Shown here piece by piece: positions 59,909 to 64,000 of a stretch of 64,000 nt of DNA (position 1 is its first letter; every line of letters starts with the position of its first letter). The position numbers and the translations under genes are program-made. The notes beneath the pieces are model-generated. The model ran no database searches and was not told where the DNA came from. It saw nothing but the letters and a program-made list of their open reading frames with translations. Origin of the DNA: Felis catus (lineage: Eukaryota); the NCBI RefSeq assembly GCF_018350175.1, contig NC_058373.1, positions 104,782,001-104,846,000 on the forward strand, written 5' to 3'.

Positions 59909-61597
59909 AGGAGGGGCCAAGATGGTGGAACAGCATGGAAGTTTTTTGTGTGTCTCGCGTCCATGAAATACAGCCAGACCCACACTAAACCATCCTGCGC
60001 ACCTAGAAAACTGATCTGAGGATTAACGCAACAACCTACACAACCTGAACCACAGAACTCAGCAGGTCCACGGCAGGGAGAAGTGAACTGGGGGAGAGAG
60101 AAGCCACGGAGGGCAGGAAGCCGCTTTTGAGTGAGGAGAGAGGACGGAGACAGAGGGGCAAATACCGGAAAAGCCTCCCGCCCCAAAAGCAGCTGGAGAG
60201 AAAGTGGAAAAGTGGAAACAGCCGCAGGGGCTGAACTAAAAAGGGAGAAAGGAGAAAGGAGAGGGTTTCAATTCCATTAAGACTATAAACAGGGGGAGCT
60301 CAGAGTCTGAAATTCCGCAGCGCAATACCTGGCGGTGCTCTGATGGGAAGGGTGAATCCCCAGGAGCAGAGTGGAGTCCAGGGTTCTTCAGGCCACACGG
60401 GGAGAGGTGGTTCCCCTGCTGGGAGGACACCTGGTAGAAGCCATGTGGGCGCCCCAAAGGCAAGGCCCTAGTAGACCCGGGAGAACAACCACATTCTCTG
60501 GTGCTGGAACAAGGTCGTTGGGGTTTAAGCCTGGTGCCAGATGTGTTGTGATTTTCCATAATCCGTGAAACACTGTTGCTACACTATCTCACAAACTTTT
60601 TCTGGGGCGGGCTGGCACCCGGCCACAGTCTCTGGGCATCGGCAGCAGCACAGTCCCTCGAACGTTCCTGGGTGTGGCCAGCACTTGGCCATTGCTTGGT
60701 GAGACCCTCCCACAGAGGGGCGGGACAGGTCAAAGCCACAGTCCCTCAGAAGTAAGGGGTCGGGAAAAACAGCCGCATCTGAAACAAAACTCAGGAGGGA
60801 GGTGCTGCCTGGGGCTTGGTTACAGACTTTGTAAAAGCAGGGAGTAGATGAAAGCCGAGAACAAAAGACAGGTGCGCGATTGCTGATAACGGTTCAGAAC
60901 AGAGTTCCGATACTAGAGGCTGAGTAGTTGGGTGACGCCATTTCCAACACTCCGTGCATGCGCATACACACCTACAAGCGCCACAACAATCCCCCCCAAT
61001 AAGCTAAGCAGCGCCATCTAGTGGAGAACGGAGCAATTACACGAATTCCTGCCTGACGGGGCCAACCTCACTCTTCAGGAACACAAGACTCTGCCTGCTT
61101 AGTTTATGGACTATAAAGTGCTTCATAGTTCGATATCTAGGGGAAAACGAAGTAATTTCAGTCGTATTTCAGTCTGTTCATGGGTCCATCTATTCAATTT
61201 TTTTCTCTTTTTTGTTTTTCTTTTTCTTGAATACAGAAACAATTCATTTTTATTTTCAATTTTTATTACAAATATTTTTCTTCAACCTTTGTCTACTATA
61301 TTTTTTAATTTTGTGTTAATTTTTTCAAATTCTATTTTACTTCCATCATTTCTTTTTAGTCTACTTCAGTGTATTCATTTTTTCAAATTTTCAAACAATT
61401 TCCTTTTTTTTTTCCTTTCCCCTTTTTTCTCTAATCTTTCAAGCCTCCTTCAACACCCAGACCAAGACACACCTAGGATCTAACATCATTTATTCGATTT
61501 TTGTGTGTGTTTTTTAATTTTTTAATTTCAATATTTTTTAATTCTAATTTTTAATTTCAATTTTTTTTACCTCATTAATTCCTTTTCTCCCTTCAAA

Positions 61598-62707
61598 ATG
61601 ACGAAATGAAGGAATTCACCCCAAAAGAAAGAGCAGGAAGAAACGACAGCCAGGGACTTAACCAACACAGATACAAGCAAGGTGTCTGAACCAGAATTTA
61701 GAATCACGATAATAAGAATTCTAGCTGGAGTCAAAAATAGATTAGAATCCCTTTCTGCAGAGATAAAAAGAAGTAAAAGCTAGTCAGGAGGAAATAAAAA
61801 ATGTTATAACTGAGCTGCAATCACGGATGGATGCAGCAGTGGCAAGGATGGATGAGGCAGAACAAAGCATCAGTGATATAGAGGACAAACTTATGGAGAA
61901 TAATGAAGCAGAAAAAAAGAGGGAGATTAAGGCAAAAGAGCACGATTTAAGAGTTAGAGAAACCAGGGGCACCTGGGTGGCTCAGTCAGTTAAGCGTCCT
62001 ACTTCAGCTAAGGTCATGATCTTGTGGTTTGTGAGTTCCAGCCCTGTGCTGGGCTCTATGCTGACAGCTCAGAGCCTGGAGCCTGCTTCTGATTCTGTAT
62101 CTCCCTCTCTCTCTGCCCCTCCCCTGTTCACTCTCTGTCCCTCAATAATAAATAAACGTTAAAAATTTTTCTTTTTAAAAAGAATTAGAGAAATCAGTGA
62201 CTCACTAAAAAGGAACAACATCAGAATCATAGGGTTCCCAGAAGAGGAAGAGAGAGAAATAGGGGTAGAAGGGTTATGTGAGCAAATCATAGCAGAAAAC
62301 TTTCCTAACCTGGGGAAAGACACAGACATCAAAATCCAGGAAGTGCAGAGGACCCCCATTACATTCATCAAAAACTGACCATCAACAAGGCATATCATAG
62401 TCAAGTTCACAAAATACTCAGGCAAGGAGAGAATCATGAAAGTAGCAAGGGAAAAAAAGTCCTTAACCTACAAGGGAAGACAGATCAGGTTTGCATCAGA
62501 CCTATCCACAGAAACTTGGCAGGCCAGAAAGGAGTGGCAGGATATATTCAGTGTGCTGAATCAGAAAAATATGCAGTCAAGAATTCTTTATCCAGCAAGG
62601 CCATCATTCAAAATAGAAGGAGAAATAAAAATTTTCCCAAACAAAAATTAAAGGAGTTTGTGACCATTAAACCAGCCCTGCAAGAAATTTTAAGGGGGAC
62701 TCTCTGA
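61598..62707 (+). pseudogene. L1 ORF1p pseudogene
   Basis: ATG ACG AAA TGA (premature stop at codon 4). Coiled-coil RMDEAEQSISDIEDK and C-terminal DLSTETWQARKEW…YPAR are recognisable. Frameshifts near 61770 and 62640; SINE insertion at 61966-62179. Confidence 0.92.
61966..62179 (+). mobile_element. Can-SINE inserted in L1 ORF1
   Basis: TSD AAGAGTTAGAGAAACCAG / AAGAATTAGAGAAATCAG at 61949 and 62180. Confidence 0.96.
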
Positions 62708-62803
62708 GGGGAGAAAAGATGAAAAAATACATACATACCAAAAGCAACAAAGACTAGAAAGGACCAGAGAACACCACCAGAAACTCCAACTCTACAAGCA
62801 ACA

Positions 62804-64000
62804 TAATCGCAATATATTCATATCTTTCAGTACTCACTCTAAATGTCAATGGCCTAACACTCCAATAAAAAGACATAGGCTAACAGAATGGAGAAGAAAA
62901 CAAGATCCATCTATATGCTGTTTACAATGGACCCACTTTAGACCTAAAGACAGATTGAAAGTAAGGAGATGGAGAACCATCTACCATGCTAACGGTCAAC
63001 AAAAGAAAGTCAGAGTAGCCATACTTATATCAGACAATCTAGACTTTAAAATAAAGACTGTATCAAGAGATGAAGAAGGGCAGTATATCATAATTAAGGG
63101 GTCTATCCACCAAGAAGACATAACAATTGTAAACATTTATGTGCCAAATGTGAGAGCACCCAAATATATAAATCAATTAATCACAAACATAAAGAAACTC
63201 ATCAATAGTAATACCATAATAGTAGGGAACTTCAACACCCCACTCATAGCAATGGGCACATCATCTAATCCAAGTATCAACAAAGAAACAATGGCTTTGA
63301 ATGACACACTGGGCCAGATGGACTTAACAGATATATTCAGAACATTTCATCCTAAAGCAGCGGAATATACGTTCTTCTCCAGTGCACATGGAACGTTCTC
63401 CAGAATAGACCACATACTGGGACACAAATCAGCCCTCAAAAAGTACAAAAAGATCAAGATCATACCGTGCATATTTTCAGACCACAATGCTATGAAACTC
63501 GAAATCAACCACAAGAAACAATTCGGAAAGGTAACAAATACTTGGGTACTAAAGAACATCCTACTAAAGAATAAATGGGTTAACCAAGAAGTTAAAGAGG
63601 AAATTAAAAAGCTCATGGAACCAATTAAAATGATAATACCACAACCCAAAACCTCTGGGACGCAGGAAAGGTGGTCATAAGAGGAAAGTATATGGCAATT
63701 CAGGCCTTCCTAAAGAAGGAAGAAAGATCTCAGATATACAACCTAACCTTATGCCTTAAGAAGCTGGAAAAAGAACAGCAAATAAAACCCCAAAACCAGC
63801 AGAAGACAGGAAAATAATAAAGATTAAAGCAGAAATTAATGCTATTGAAACCAAAAAAACACAGTAGAACAGATCAATGAAACCAGAAGCTAGTTCTTTA
63901 AAAGAATTAACAAAATTGATAAACCACTAGCCAGTCTGATCAAAAAGAAAAAGGAAAGGACCCAAATAAATAAACTCAAGAATGAAAGAGGAGAGATCAC
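62804..64000 (+). pseudogene. L1 ORF2p endonuclease-domain pseudogene
   Basis: LTLNVNGL, ICCLQWTH (normally LQETH), IVGNFNT (normally GDFNT), SRIDHILGHK, FSDHNAMKLEIN. Frameshifts near 62857 and 63620. Confidence 0.95.

Larger units (their letters stand above)
59909..64000 (+). mobile_element. Felid/carnivore LINE-1 with intact 5' end (5'UTR, ORF1, start of ORF2); decayed; continues beyond the window
   Basis: Starts GGAGGGGCCAAGATGG (YY1-type L1 start), GC-rich 5'UTR, T-rich tract, then ORF1- and ORF2-like peptides. Confidence 0.97.

Noticed and set aside
61106..61483. Phe-rich 125-aa ORF resembling a membrane protein
   Set aside because: It is a by-product of the T-rich tract in the L1 5'UTR.
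62955..63680. Longest ORF (241 aa) as a functional endonuclease gene
   Set aside because: It is a fragment of L1 ORF2 between frameshifts, with no true start and mutated catalytic residues.
1..64000. CRISPR array, operon or other prokaryotic/viral system
   Set aside because: The sequence is repeat-rich mammalian DNA. It has no regularly spaced identical repeats and no intact long ORFs.

Overview
Mammalian (carnivore, almost certainly felid) genomic DNA, dominated by interspersed repeats. I found about 31 Can-SINE (SINEC_Fc-type) copies, most with readable target-site duplications (TSDs). Also present are old L1M and L2 fragments, MIRs, hAT DNA-transposon fossils (MER5A, MER20, MER3, MER94), MaLR and ERVL LTRs, a collapsed two-LTR ERVL provirus, and the 5' ~4.1 kb of a decayed full-length felid L1 running off the right edge. 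No intact protein-coding gene is recognisable. The window opens with a probable exon end (…HNDALEKGKK|GTGAGT), so the rest may be one large + strand intron. No prokaryotic-type system (CRISPR, operon) is present, and I see no convincing new multi-gene system. The best leads are: a templated-insertion deletion junction (28349-28366 copied from 26423-26440); a candidate TATA/Kozak/donor alternative first exon (25803-25913); a 16-bp-phased TCF/LEF triplet beside an ETS-IRF site (23521-23582); a probable SINE 3' transduction (50100-50405); and a YY1/NRF1/CTCF cluster in the L1 5'UTR. Repeat family names come from memory of consensus sequences, not a database search, and old-repeat boundaries are approximate.
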